From contig OZ024744.1 of assembly GCA_964016885.1 (NCBI GenBank), positions 61,690,001 to 61,754,000 on the forward strand: a DNA stretch of 64,000 nt. The letters run 5' to 3'. Each line of letters begins with the position of its first letter. Position 1 is the stretch's first letter. This DNA is from Eledone cirrhosa (lineage: Eukaryota). Positions 51,501-64,000 of this stretch are shown here, one piece after another. The notes beneath the pieces are model-generated. The model saw nothing but the letters and a program-made list of their open reading frames with translations, did not search any database and was not told where the DNA came from. A program made the position numbers and the translations under genes.

Positions 51501-52035
51501 AAATCTGGGACAATCTGATAAATTCCGACCTTACACACTTGCACCTCTCTGAGACAATGTTACTGGACTGAGATCTTTGGCGCTACGCAGTAATACAGAA
51601 GACCCGCCTTGCCTATGTACAAAGCGAAACCTACACTCAGTAGGCACCTCTTAACCAAATATACACCCCAATCCACTACCCCTACCCTATCCTCCCACTC
51701 TCACCAACACCACCCTCTCTCTGTAAAGTTGGTACCACAACATCCAGTCCAAATAAATGAGAAAATGAGATCGAGATTGTGTAGGTGTCACAACAAAAAA
51801 CACACAGTCCACGCTGTAATGTGGCCGTGTAGGTAACACGGTAAAAAGTTCCCAGTTCCACACTGTAAATGTGGTTGGTGTTAGGAAGGGCATCCGGCCG
51901 TAGAAAACCTGCCAGTTAGTCCTATATGAGCGAGACACTGTCACCCGACCAATCTTGCCTCAAGTGGGACAACTCCCATCTAACCCATGCTAGCATGGAA
52001 GATGGACGTTAAACGAAGCTGATAATGATGATGAT
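48575..52035 (+). mobile_element. RTE/BovB LINE, near full-length with few disablements, plus 3' module
   Basis: GTMNVGTL, ISAYAPQ, GGDLNGHVG, SQVDYIL (APE); FVDLEKAFDRV, GVQQGSVLSP, LLYADDL (RT); C-rich PHD-like insert WPCSVC..WVHKRC; (GAT)n tail. Confidence 0.95.
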
Positions 52036-52362
52036 GTTATATATATAGCAGAGTTTTGTAGCTTGCTTGAAGCATTGTTTAATAGGAAACACAAATTTAA
52101 GTTTGAAGACCAAAACAATGCGTATGAAGAATGTTAAATTACCAAGATAAATCTGTTTCTATACAAGCAAGTCAATCCGATCAATTTTTAAGTCTCTCAT
52201 AAGGTTACTCCCTTGATAATGGGTTTTTAAACCTGAAAATATTTGGGATTGTTAAATTTGCTAAGGTAAGATTCTTTTGTTATCTTGGAAATTTATCATT
52301 CTTCATATGCATTGTTTTGGTCTTCAAAATTTAAATATATATATATATACACATATAAATAT

Positions 52363-52700
52363 AGGCACATGGCTTAGTGGTTACAGCATTGGCCTTGCAA
52401 TCGAAAGGTTGTGAGTTCAATTCTCAGACCGGGTGATGTGTTGTTTCCTTGAGCAAGACACTTTATTTCACATTGCTCCAGTTTACTCAGCTGTAGAAAT
52501 GAGATGATAGGGACTGGGGTCCCTATCATTCCACTGTAAAGTGGTCGTGGAGGTGCCACGGCAAAAAAGCACCCAGCACTCGCTGTAAATGAGGTTGGTG
52601 TTAGGAAGGGCATCCAGCTGTAGAAATCAAGCCAGAATCAGTTCCCGTCCCACCCTTGCAAGCAGGGAAAAGTGGACGTAAAATGAAATGATGATGAATG
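52363..52700 (+). mobile_element. SINE family B copy
   Basis: Near-identical to 48027-48372. Confidence 0.88.
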
Positions 52701-53819
52701 ATGATATATATCGTATGAGCAAGGCATGGTCAGCCGACCGGACACTGCCCACAATAGGACAACCCGTCTAACCCATGCTAGCGTGGAAGAACGGACGTAA
52801 AATGGTGATGATGATGATGATGATGATGATGATATATATATATGCTTATATGTTTGAGTGTGTGTGTCTAACAAATTTGACTCAGAAGGAATTGATTGGT
52901 CAACCCAAAGCTTTATTAGAAGACACTTGCTCACTCGTCCATGGTGCCATGCAGTTAGAATGATCTTGAAACCACCACGTGGTTGCAAAGTGAGCTCCTT
53001 AACCACACAGCTATGTCTGAGCCAGAATATATTTTTAATTCTATTAAAAAAAGAAAAAAAAGAAAAAAAAACAAAAAATTACCACAGCACACGACTAACT
53101 CCTCAACCATACTGGAAATTGAGATGTGTTATGGCAGGGCCAGGGTTTGGGAGTAGGGGGAGGTGTGCAGTGTCTTTTCTTTCATTCTTGTTAGTAACCC
53201 TGTTGTCCCTCCTCTCCATCACACCACCCCACTCCATGCCATGTGTTATATTGTGTTCACATCCCATTGACATAGTTACCCACTTCCTTTCATGAGCAAC
53301 AAACAATTTTCCTTAAAAGAAAGAAAGCATTCATTTTTTTGTAGGAGACTTTCTTCCTTTTGTGGCGGTAGTGGTGGTGGGAGTGGTGGTAGTGGTGGTA
53401 GTGGTAGTAGTGGGGGGTGAGGTTAGGTAGCTGGGTGGGTGTGGTGCAAATGCGAGCAGGGTGGGGATGGGGGTGGAGCAGTATCTTCAAAGGCTTTCTT
53501 CACCCTCCCTCCAGGAGTAAAGTGTGGAAGCAGGTTGGGTGTATGGTAAGGCTGGTGAGGATTGATTGGTTTGATAGCCTACTTGGTTCAGATAACAATC
53601 CCTTATCCCCACCCAGATTCAAATGTCAATTACCTGAAAGGAGGAGTGTGGTGGAGGAGGTCAATACATCTCTTTTTCTTCCTTAAATTATAATGATAAT
53701 AAAATAATGAAATTAATAATAATAATAACAACGTTGCTGGTGATGTTAATAAGGAGGAGGAAGGTCATCATCGTCATCATCATCATCATCACCATCATCA
53801 GTATTATCATCGTAATAAT

Positions 53820-54020
53820 ATAGGTCTCTAATTTAAGCACAAGGAAAGAGGAAAGTCGATTAATTCAACCCCAGTTCTTTACTGGTATATCATTTTATCA
53901 ACCTCTGAAGGATGAAAGACAAAGTTAACCTCGGTGGGATTTGAACTTGGAATGACAAGGGCCATAACTCTATGCATCAAAGCATGGCGTCTGACCCTCT
54001 ACCGACACTGCCAATTCACA
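53820..54020 (-). mobile_element. SINE family A-related copy
   Basis: aaggatgaaagacaaagttaacctcggtgggatttgaac..gggccataactc. Confidence 0.7.
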
Positions 54021-54021
54021 T

Positions 54022-55405
54022 AATAATAATAATAAGGATTTCTTTATTGGCCACAAGAGCCTACATATAGGGGACAATACAAAGACAGGGAGACAGTGGT
54101 TTTTTTTTTTACAAAATAATCGTGTAAGCAGTGTATAAAACAATAACAATGAGCAATAAAATTTCAACAATATAAATTTCTGAAGAGGGGTGGAAGGAGA
54201 ACCACCCAGGGGCGCCTCAGGTACCCCACTAATCCTGAACCACCCGATGCTTTGAAAATACCCGGGAAGGACACCCCTCTCCTCCTCAGACCAACCAGCC
54301 TAAAAGCGCATCATGCTCAGAGCAAGCCCATTCACATGAACCATTCTTGAAACATTCACCCACATTTTAGCAAATATATTGGAGGACAGCACTACTCTCT
54401 CTACCCTCACCTTTATTTCCAAGAGAAACTTGAAAAGTTGTTGAGGGATTGACTGAAGAGAAAAGTGTCTTCAGTCCTTTCAACCTGGTCCATCACACAA
54501 CCTCTTTTGCTATGGCCATCAAACAGAGGAAAATTACCTACCCTTCCCGGTCAATAGGTGGTGGGGCGATCTTCACTACGGACTCAGTTGATAGCCGGAT
54601 CCATCCTACATGCGACCACAGCTGTTTGACATAACTCCACAAGTCAGCAATGCACTGACACTGGACAAGTGCATGCAGAACAGTTTCATTGTTCTTTGTG
54701 CATCTCAGGCAGGCGTCTCTAGCAGCACTTCCATGTCTGTAGAATTTACCTTGAACTGGCAGTTCCATTGACAGCATTGCCCACCTGGTGGAGGACAGTG
54801 AGCACCTGGGAACATTCCAGATGCCAGACACCCAGTCTCGATCTCTTCTTGATCCAGAACTACAGTTCAGTCGAAGAGACAAGCTATGGAAAGGTCTATC
54901 TCACAAATGGCGACCACACCTGTTCGCCATTTAAGAATATCTGAAGATGCCATGGCCTCAATGCATTTTTGCACATCATCAGCCACGGCATGCCCAGCAC
55001 TCTGCATAGCGGGTGCTGGCAGTAGATGGACTGCCTCACCTATGGAACCTGTCCCTTCTACAAAAAGTGGAGGAGTAGACTTCCAATTTGGTGAGGAGTT
55101 AATGAGGACAAGGCACAATGGTCAGGCAGTAGTAGATGACAGACATGATGTACACGTTCACCACTTCCACTTGACCTTTCTGAGATAGCTTTCTTTCAGC
55201 CCATTTCTTAGTGAGAGTGGCAACCCTGCTTGTTACCTCATCCCAGTTTTTATCCACCTGGAGGTCTGGTCGAAACCAGACCCCCAAGCAACTTCACCGT
55301 GGAAATTGAGGTCTTCAACGCCATCTTGGTGATGTCATCAGCATATGCCAACACAGCCCTTCCACAACCCGATTTGAGTGGGATTCCCTGCAACATCTCC
55401 AGTAG
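54022..55405 (-). mobile_element. Tx1/L1-clade LINE 3' fragment
   Basis: SAYADDIT, LGVWF, RKLSQKGQVEVVNVYIMSVIYY, CLRCTKNNETVLHALVQC (zf-RVT), (TTA)n tail. Confidence 0.82.
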
Positions 55406-55851
55406 AGATGTGTGTGTGTTGTGTGTATTTGTGTAATTTAATTAAGTCAGTACCATTATGACACAAACCCAAGGAACTTAGAGTGGACATTTATATGTTA
55501 AATAGTGAGAAAAATGATTTCATGTGTGTAGAAATTTGATTTTCCAGCCTCAGACCAATGCATTAGTTTCTGCGACACCATCTGCTAGTCGCAGTCCAAA
55601 TGGAACTACCAAGCACAGGAATTAGTTAATGTTATCAAATAATTGGCTATGAGTTGCGTCCTAAGCGGGGAATTAACTGCCTCTAGAACAGGTCAGTTAT
55701 CAACACACTGCTCTGATGTAGCCATTGCAGTAGTAAACTTAACCTTTAATGTCATGTGACTTGACACCGAAGGGGAGGTAAGCTAGTTCATAAAGGACAT
55801 GTTGGCATATATACAAATTGAAAAGATGAAAGTAATTTATATATATATATA

Positions 55852-56217
55852 CTAGCAGATGTACCCGGTGTTGCTCGGGAAATGAATGACAGCCTGAATT
55901 GTTCAAGGTCGTTTATGGCTTAGCTAGCAATTTCTGAGTGCATGTCAGCTTATGTCAGCTAATTGGCTAGCCAATGAGAAGTCGCCTCAATAGCACGTGC
56001 CAAATCGGCCTAGTCCTTCAAAAGTTAAAAGGAGCCTAGTATTTGTACACAGACAGATACACACACGAAATCAATTTTTCGGCCCTGGCATATAAGCAAC
56101 ATGTGTGCCAAATTTGGTTGAAATCGGCCTAGTACTTCAAAAGTTAAAAGGAGCCTAGTATTTGTACACAGACAGACAGACACACACACACACAGACATG
56201 CTTTTATATATATAGAT
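55852..56217 (-). mobile_element. Non-autonomous Helitron
   Basis: Minus-strand 5' TCTATATATATAAAAGC, 3' hairpin CCCGAGCAACACCGGG followed by CTAG|T; internal about 120-bp duplication. Confidence 0.8.
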
Positions 56218-56561
56218 ATATACAATAACAAAAAAGTACCCAGTCCATCCTGTAAGATGGTTATGTTGGTGACACAAGAAAAAAGCACCCACTCCACTGT
56301 GTTTGATAGTCATTTTGGTGCCATGTTATAAAGTACCCAGTCCACATTAATGTTGTTGGTGGTAGGAAAGGCAGCCAGTAGTAGAAACCAAGTCAAAATA
56401 CAGATTTGACTTGTCTCATAATGTGACAACTTGTCTAATCCATGCATGGAAAAATTGACATTAAATGGTGATGATGATGATGTATGTCTATATATACATA
56501 TAGATGTATGTCTTTGTATATATATATATAAAGAAAATGAGAATAAAGAAAAAATAATTAC

Positions 56562-56956
56562 TTTCCAAATAGAATCGAGAGGATTTGGTCCATTTAAAGC
56601 CAGTTTAGAAAGTCCTAGAACAACTTTTTCAAACTTCTCTACTTCTATCACAAATTTATCGAGAGTTTCTTTGTCTTGGTAGGATCTTGTTTCTGAGCGA
56701 GTTTCATAGCATTGTTTTTTATGGCCTCTTCCTTTTGCTGTTGAATTTCTTGAGGAGTAAGCACTTTAGGGGTAAGCACTGTGTCCGGTATTGTTGTCTC
56801 GCGGACACTTTCATGACTAGAAGACAGAATGTCATCCAGTGACGAAACAGTTGATCCAGACCACTGACGACTTAGTTCGGGGAGATTAAGGATATGTGCA
56901 GAGCCTTGTGTTACTGGTTGAAATTGAGATGTGGTCACAGACGGCTTGAAAGTGTG
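56562..56956 (-). pseudogene. PTPN23: Isolated, frameshifted exon of a PTPN23/HD-PTP-like gene (end of Pro-rich region into PTP domain N-terminus)
   Basis: Joining two frames gives SLDDILSSSHES..VLTPKVLT..QDP/YQDKETLDKFVIEVEKFEKVVLGLSKLALNGPNPLDSIWK followed by a GTAATT donor; resembles PTPN23 DLLSSSPES..DPY..LDTVWR (recalled, not searched). Confidence 0.7.
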
Positions 56957-57255
56957 TTCAAAATATTAATAAATGAAAAATATATATTTTATTATACATA
57001 TTTCAAAGGTACAATGGTGTTTCAGTACGTTTTCATCAGATAAAATGTATATGAGAGATTGGATATGCGACATACCGCTACGGTTTTGATTATTCAATTC
57101 CATATTTTATCCGATGAAAATGTATTTAAACACCATTGTACCTTTGAAATATGTATAATCAAATATATATTTTGGTTATGAGAATATTTTTCATTTATTA
57201 ATATTTTGAATAATATTAAATACTCCAGAAAAATGTCTGTCGAGTGCTTCTAATA
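56957..57255. ncRNA. Inverted pair of minimal hammerheads (56986-57046 minus, intact core; 57104-57164 plus, CCGATGA mutant)
   Basis: ATTTTAT-CTGATGA...GAAA-TATGTA-TA^ATAAAAT; arms are reverse complements. Confidence 0.75.
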
Positions 57256-57306
57256 TATTGTAAAATTGTATTCGTTGAATAATCAACGAACCATATAAAC
57301 TTTGGT

Positions 57307-57338
<32 letters not shown>

Positions 57339-58107
57339 TAAAAGATGAAATTTGGCTATTACCTCTAGCAGATAGAGTGACCATGTAGAGAGCGACAGTT
57401 TCCATATATCAAATTTCACTCACAAAGCATTGATTGACCAAAGGTTATAGTAGAAGACACTTGTCCAAGGTGCTACACAGTGGAAGTGAACCAAAAACGA
57501 CTTGGTTGCAAAGTGAGCTTCTTAAATACATGGCCATGCCTGTGCATAAAGTTTTATTCAACCTGGTTGATACCACCAAACACTTTAAAACAAACAATTT
57601 TGTATCATAGAACCAGAGCTAGTTTTCAAGCTGTTTGGTGGTATCAACCAGGTTGAATAAAACTTTATGCACAAAAACCCTTCATCATAATTCTATGTAA
57701 GAACTTTTGTTAAATTATGTTCCAGACACCAACTTAATAATGAGATAGATAGTTATACTACTAAATCTCTCCAAATTCTTGATTGTTTTTAAAATAATTT
57801 GAAAACTATAGACAGTGTCTTTCACTAGAAATATGGTAATGATAGTGTTAAATAAAGAATTGTTGCAAAATTTCTAGTCATTACTTATTATTTCAGTAAC
57901 CTAGTGACCAAGTGGACATCACATGATCGCTTGAGTGTATTAAATAGTCAAGAGTCTCAATTGCCTAAGTCTTGTAGGGAATATCTCTACAAATGCTACT
58001 CAATAAAATTTCAAAGGACTGATGAGAAATATTTTTGTTGTTTCATTTTTTCTTATTCTTTAATTCAACTATAATTACAAGATACTTTATATATATATAT
58101 GTATGTA

Positions 58108-58143
<36 letters not shown>

Positions 58144-58634
58144 TGTATTTATGTATGTATCTAAATATATATATATATGTATATATATATGTATATATAT
58201 ATATATATGTGTGTATATATATATATATTTAGATACATATATATATATACACACACACATATATATATATATTATTTTAATGATTTAGTCATGAGGGGGT
58301 AGCAGAAGGATGGAGCATGACCTTTACACATCCCCACTCCAGCTTCTTAAACTGGTAAGATTGATGTAGTTGGTGACCAGCATGAACATCTCCACATCCA
58401 AAGTATGGAGGAGAGAGAACATGGATGTATCGTTAAGGAGTTTACTTTGTAACTACATAGTACCAGGTTCAGTCCTGCTGTAACTTTAGTTATCCATTCA
58501 TTAGCAAAATGGGGTGAGCTCAGCAGTCGTCAGGCAATAACTATTTACAATAGAATACACTTAGGTTTCCCAACTTTTGAATACTTAACTGAACATCATT
58601 TTACTAGTCTAAATTGGTAATCCCAAGCTATATA

Positions 58635-58982
58635 TCATCATCATCATCATTTCATTTTACGTCCGCTTTTTCCCTGCTTGCAAGGGTGGGACGGGAACTG
58701 ATTCTGGCTTGATTTCTACAGCTGGATGCCCTTCCTAACACCAACCTCATTTACAGTGAGTGCTGGGTGCTTTTTTGCCGTGGCACCTCCACAACCACTT
58801 TGCAGTGGAATGATAGGGACCCCAGTCCCTATCATCTCATTTCTACAGCTGAGTAAACTGGAGTAATGTGAAATAAAGTGTCTTGCTCAAGGAAACAACA
58901 CATCACTCAGTCTGAGAATTGAACTCACAACCTTTTGATTGCAAGGTCAATGCTCTAACCACTGGTTAGAGCATTGGCCTTG
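58635..58982 (-). mobile_element. SINE family B copy
   Basis: Reverse complement of 48027-48372. Confidence 0.88.
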
Positions 58983-58984
58983 CT

Positions 58985-59310
58985 TATATGTGTGTATGTG
59001 TGTATGTATGTATGTGTGTATGTATGTATGTGTGTATGTATGTATGTGTGTATGTATGTATGTATGTATGTATGTATGTATGTATGTGTGTGTGTATGTA
59101 TGTGTGTATGTATGCATGTATGTATGTATGTGTGTATGTATATATATATATGCTTATATGTGTGTATGTGTGTATGTATGTGTGTATGTGTGTATGTATG
59201 TATGTGTGTATGTATGTGTGTATGTATATATATATATATATGCTTATATGTGTGTATGTGTGTATGTATGTGTGTATGTATGTGTGTATGTATGTATGTA
59301 TGTATGTATG
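58985..59310. repeat. Compound (TATG/TG)n microsatellite
   Basis: Direct reading. Confidence 0.95.
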
Positions 59311-59524
59311 TTCTGGTTTTATAATTTCACAAAGTTTTACCAATAGAGAGAGAGTCGGTTTCTAACATAGACACAAGACTCTCTCATTGGAATTTACACA
59401 ACATCAACTAGGTAGATATGTATGTATGCATGCATGTGTAGATATGGATGTTATTGTATGTGTGGATGTGTATATTTTGAGTTGTATGTGTGCATGTGTA
59501 TATGCTTTGTATCTGTACATGTGT

Positions 59525-60662
59525 ATATGCAGTTATTAGATGCAAAATATTTGGAATGTTTTACATATTTTTACTGATCCATTAATGGATTGCACTTGTA
59601 ATTTCCTAACTAGTTGTGTTCTTTCTGTTCCTGTGAACCCTAGCTTCTCAAGATTTGTATTGAGGCAGTTACTAAAATACCCCAATGCCCCAATAATCAC
59701 AGGTATAAATCTGAAGGTGTAATCATCAGTTCTGCATAAATATTCTCCTTTTCACTGATCTTTGATATTATATTGGCATCTGCTGGGCAGCTAATTTCCA
59801 CTACTGTGCATGCTTTCTTCTCCCTGTCCCATATAATATCTGGTCTGTTATGCCTGCATTTTATTGGGGTTTTTACTGGAACATCCACCAGTACTCTTTC
59901 ATATTATATACATGGATGTCTTCCACATTGCTGTAGCTTTTAATGTGTTTATTATCGGGGCTATCTTTTTTACGAACTGCATTGTACAGTGATTTGGCCA
60001 CTACATCATGCCTCATAGGTAGATAGTACTGCGATGACATCTTTGGACAGCTGCTGATGACATGTTATCACATCTAGGAGTTTTGCCTGCATCCCTATCT
60101 CTTTTGTGAATCAGGTATTTCGTGTTAATCTCCTGTTCTTGGATTGCAAAAGCATATCCTTCAAAGTGGGAGCCAATATAGCGGTTGTTGTTCCAAGATA
60201 GACTACTTTCCTTATCTATATTACTGTCACTCTGGAGCTTCCTGGCAACACATGCATGATTTTTTTGCTGATAAGCATACAGTTTTTCACCCATGGTTTT
60301 TCACTCACTCTGCGGTACTGCTGAGCAACTTCCCTGGGTGTGAGTTTTTGATTATCAGAGAGTGAGTTTTTGATTTCAAGGAGTTCCTTCCCAACTCTCA
60401 TGATCTTATCTGTCTCATGCAGATAGACTTACTCGAGAGACGGGCTCCTATTCTTCGAGGTTTGTAGATGTTGTTGGAGGGATATGATGCGACATTCAAA
60501 TACTGTCTGGACTGATGTTAGGCCTCTGCCTCCCTGTTTACGTTTCAAGTAAAGGCGGTCTATGTCACTGATGATGTGGAAGTTTCTGGTGTTGTTTAGT
60601 ATTTTTCGAGTTCTAACATCAACTGCTCGGATTTCGTCTATGGTCCAATTGAGTATTCCAAA
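59525..60662 (-). mobile_element. R4/Dong-like REL-endonuclease non-LTR retrotransposon, 3' part
   Basis: FGILNW..DVRTRKIL..DIDRLYLKRKQGGRGL, FAIQEQEINTK, HNRPDII.DREKK..VVEISCP.D.NI..K.SEK...Y. Confidence 0.85.
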
Positions 60663-60784
60663 CATACATATATACATATGTATGTATATATATATACATA
60701 TGTGTGTGTGTATATATATATGTATATATATTATAAAGTGAAATTACAGGCCAAAAATGTTCAATTTCCATAATTATTTATTTA

Positions 60785-61305
60785 TGCAAACACTACACAT
60801 TTCAGTGGCCAGGTTGCATAAGAACCTGGTGCCATCTTCAGGTTAAATTGCGTAATAGATGTATACCAACAGAATGATGGTAAACTTAAGGAAACAAGCA
60901 AACAAAAAACAGAGAAGAAAGAAAGTGTGTTTATGTTTTTGACTCAGAGGCGGTGAGGTATGATAAAAACATAAACACACTTTTTTCTTGTTTTTTGTTT
61001 GTTTGCTTCCTTAAGTCTTTAGTATTTACATTACTCTATATTTACTATTATATTTCCACAGTAAAGGCTTTATCTTACATAATATCTCACATAACATTGA
61101 ATCTATGAGATTTTGATATTATTTATTTTGAGAACAATACCTTAACATAAGTATAAGAGGCCAATTACACCCTGTTTGAGCAGAAAGAGGTGAGAGAAAT
61201 GCTAAAGGGTTAAAGTTTACCATCATTCCGTTGGTATACATCTATTATGCAATTTACAGCTGATGAGGTCACCAGGTTCTTATGCAACGTGGTCACTGAA
61301 AGGTG
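60785..61305. ncRNA. Inverted pair of hammerhead-like motifs (about 60785-60855 minus; 61250-61305 plus) around a long hairpin
   Basis: CTGA[A/T]GA-..CCAGGTT.....AACCTGG..-GAAA on both arms; internal fold-back about 60886-61015. Confidence 0.6.
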
Positions 61306-61639
61306 TGTGTGTATGTGTGTTTTTCTCTCTCATCTCTTACCTACTCCTCACTAGTTAGTTGTTATCCTGATTTTTGTATTCTATACATATATGAGTGTGG
61401 CAGACAGCAGTGGAGACTGTTTATGTATTCTATTAGTTTTGTTCTTGTGTCTTTATATTGTTCTTCATCATTATGTTGTCATGTCGTTATTATTCCATTC
61501 ATGCTTTCTATTTAGTTTTGGTCGAAATTTGTTTGTCATCTTATGTGTTAGAGCATTGCTTCTGTCCTGTGTGTAGTAATGATTTTTATTTTATTTTTGG
61601 TGGATGAAGTGTTGCACCCAACCGCACACCCCAATTATA

Positions 61640-62560
61640 GATACCTATACTTATCATAGAACTCTAGTTAGAAATCATTAGTAATAAAACAGACCCACCA
61701 GTCACATTATGCCAAACCCATGGCCTCAAAGTACCTGATCTATTGAAACTCAGCCATTTCGGATAATGTAAAAGTCAACATAGTGATTGCAGACTTTGTA
61801 AGAGTGATGAAGAATGTGTCCTGCATGTGTGACCCAAAAGAATTAGAGAGACACATACAACACTTCATCCATTGCATGCAGTTCTCTGGTTACAATCAAA
61901 GAGACAGGATCAGGGTGTATAAAAGAATCAGGACTAAATGGCTGAATATGAAAATTATGTGAATGGGACTTGCTCTATGTATAGGAACAAATTTTGGAAT
62001 AGGATAGCGAGAGCCAAGAAGAAGATAAATGAGGCCAACTCTTGGTATGTAATGTTCATCAATGCTACCTCCAGAGGCGAACTAGCATACAGATTTAGAA
62101 GGGCTCTGGACAAATTAAAATTAAATATTAAAATAGAAAAACCAGATATTCCCATAGAAGCCTTGATTAGTAGAATGTACCCTTTCAAAAAAAGCCCATG
62201 CACTAATAGAAAATGTATAGTCTGCAAATTAAACCCACAGCTTAACTGTAAAACTAGGAACGTAGTATATAGCATAAGATTCATGGAGAAACAGTGTAGG
62301 AATAGGAACACAACATATATAGGTGAGATGGCCCATAGTATAGGAGAAAGAACACTGGCAAGAACTCAATGGTGAGAAAACCTCATCAGTACTCCATCAC
62401 ATGCCAGGATGGAACATGGAGCATCACTAAAGAATACTGAAATATAAATTATATCTAAACACAGAACAGACACAATGCTCTAACAAATTACTGAGGTGAC
62501 AATCATAAACAAATTTCAACCAAGACTAAATAGAAAGCATGAACAGATTAGTAACATCTA
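61640..62560 (+). mobile_element. Penelope-like element 3' fragment (RT thumb + GIY-YIG)
   Basis: YAKPMASK..SA, PCTNRKCIVC..NCKTRNVVYSI..C..YIGEMAHSIGER, FQPRLNRK. Confidence 0.8.
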
Positions 62561-63034
62561 TAAAGACAAATAAAGACACACAAGAACAAAACTAATAAGA
62601 TGAATAAACATACTCCACCCCCACAACCACCACACATAGAGATAGAACAAATAACCAACTAGTGACATATTGGAAAGAAAGAAGAGAAGGAAAATAAATA
62701 AATGTATAAATCATCATCATCATCATCATCATCATCTTCACCATTTTACATCAATGTTTCCACGCTAGCATGGGTTAGACAGGTTGTCCTGTTGTGGGCA
62801 ATACCCGGTCAAGTGACCATGTCTTGCTCATACAGAAGTGATTTTAGCTTGATTTCTACAGCTGGATGCCCTTCTTAACACCAACCTCATTTAAAGTGAG
62901 TACTGGGTGCTTTTTTGCTGTGGCGCCTACACGACCACTTTGCAGTGGGAGGGGCATGGGGGCATATTGTCTATATGCATATTGTATACAAGCTTCAGCT
63001 TGTACCCGTGGGAAGTCAGGTCATCTGTATTACT

Positions 63035-63760
63035 GCGTAATGTCAGAGGTCTCGGTCCTGTGGCGTCATCTTTGAGAGGTGCAATTGGGCAAGGTCAGCT
63101 TTTATCACCTCATCCCAGGTCTTCTTGGGTCTCCCCACTCCAAAGTTTCCATCGACTTCTAGTGCTCTGCACCTTTTTATGCAGCTGTCATCCTTCATAC
63201 ACATCACATGTCCATACCAACACAACCTCCTCTCCTGCACACACCATTTGATTCCTCTTATGCTCAGTCTCTCTCTCAATATATAAATAAACAAACACAC
63301 ACACTTGGATATAATGCATGTGCAGACAAGATGATGTAAAACAGAAAAAAAGAGAAGTCACAAAGTAACAACAAAAGAAGTCATTGGGGAGGTCACAGTA
63401 TGTGTAACAAAAGAGCTTTGACAAATAAACAACTATCCAGTTATAAGTAGCTTCCTGAACTTTTTCCATCCCATTTTCACTCTGGCTACTATACATTCAG
63501 AACACCCACCTTCACTGTTAATTTGGTCACCTTGGTAACAGAAACTATCAGCTACTTCTACAGAGCCCTCACTACTTATTTCTCCTGTGCATCGACTACA
63601 TACAAAAACTATCATTCTTTGCTAGCCTGCCTGTGATCCAACTACATCTCTGGTGTACCCATAATTTTTGGAAAATGGTATGGAATTTCTACCTACTCTT
63701 TTGTTGCACCCTGAACTAGGCCATTTCTATGATGGAATTCGGGCCCTGTTTTCCTTTCTA
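63035..63760 (-). mobile_element. RTE fragments interrupted by a small insertion
   Basis: ERRLCWYGHVM..GRPKKTWDEV; DSFCYQGD..GGCSECIVARV..GWKKFR. Confidence 0.8.
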
Positions 63761-64000
63761 CATAGAGTCTCAATTCTATGTCATCTCCTTTGTGAGGTTT
63801 ATTTGTGCACTGTCAGCATTTATCACTACATCCCAAGCTTTCCTAGGTCCTCGTCTTCCATAGTTTCCATCAATTTTGAGTATCCTGTACCTTTTTATAC
63901 ATTATCTGATGTGCTCCGAGGAAACTAAGCATATATGAATGGCTTTTGAAGGCAGTACAAGCCATGTATAGAGGAGAAGTCAACAAGGTTAGTGTAGTGA

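Noticed and set aside
58015-58040. CTGATGAGAAA hammerhead-like start
   Set aside because: No stem II or stem I partner found
58939-59365. Multiple ORFs over 100 aa
   Set aside because: (TATG)n microsatellite read-through

Overview
AT-rich, repeat-saturated animal genomic DNA with no intact host gene. The SINE set, RTE LINEs and (TA)n/(CAT)n tracts suggest a cephalopod (Octopus-like); that is an inference from repeat content only. The window holds decayed RTE/BovB, CRE, Tx1, R4/Dong and Ingi/Vingi-like LINEs, three Penelope-like elements (PLEs), Helitrons, DNA MITEs, tRNA-derived SINEs, a decayed 28S rRNA fragment and a frameshifted PTPN23-like exon. The most notable signal is a very high density of minimal type I hammerhead ribozymes (about 20 intact or decayed motifs). 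Among them is a set of related non-coding units (466, 420 and about 335 bp), each carrying an octamer (ATGCAAAT) 70-95 nt upstream of a hammerhead with a palindromic loop 3. These are candidate non-LTR retrozymes (circular-RNA-producing, probably PLE-mobilised) with a layout reminiscent of newt satellite 2. All calls were made by eye; coordinates of decayed elements are approximate.
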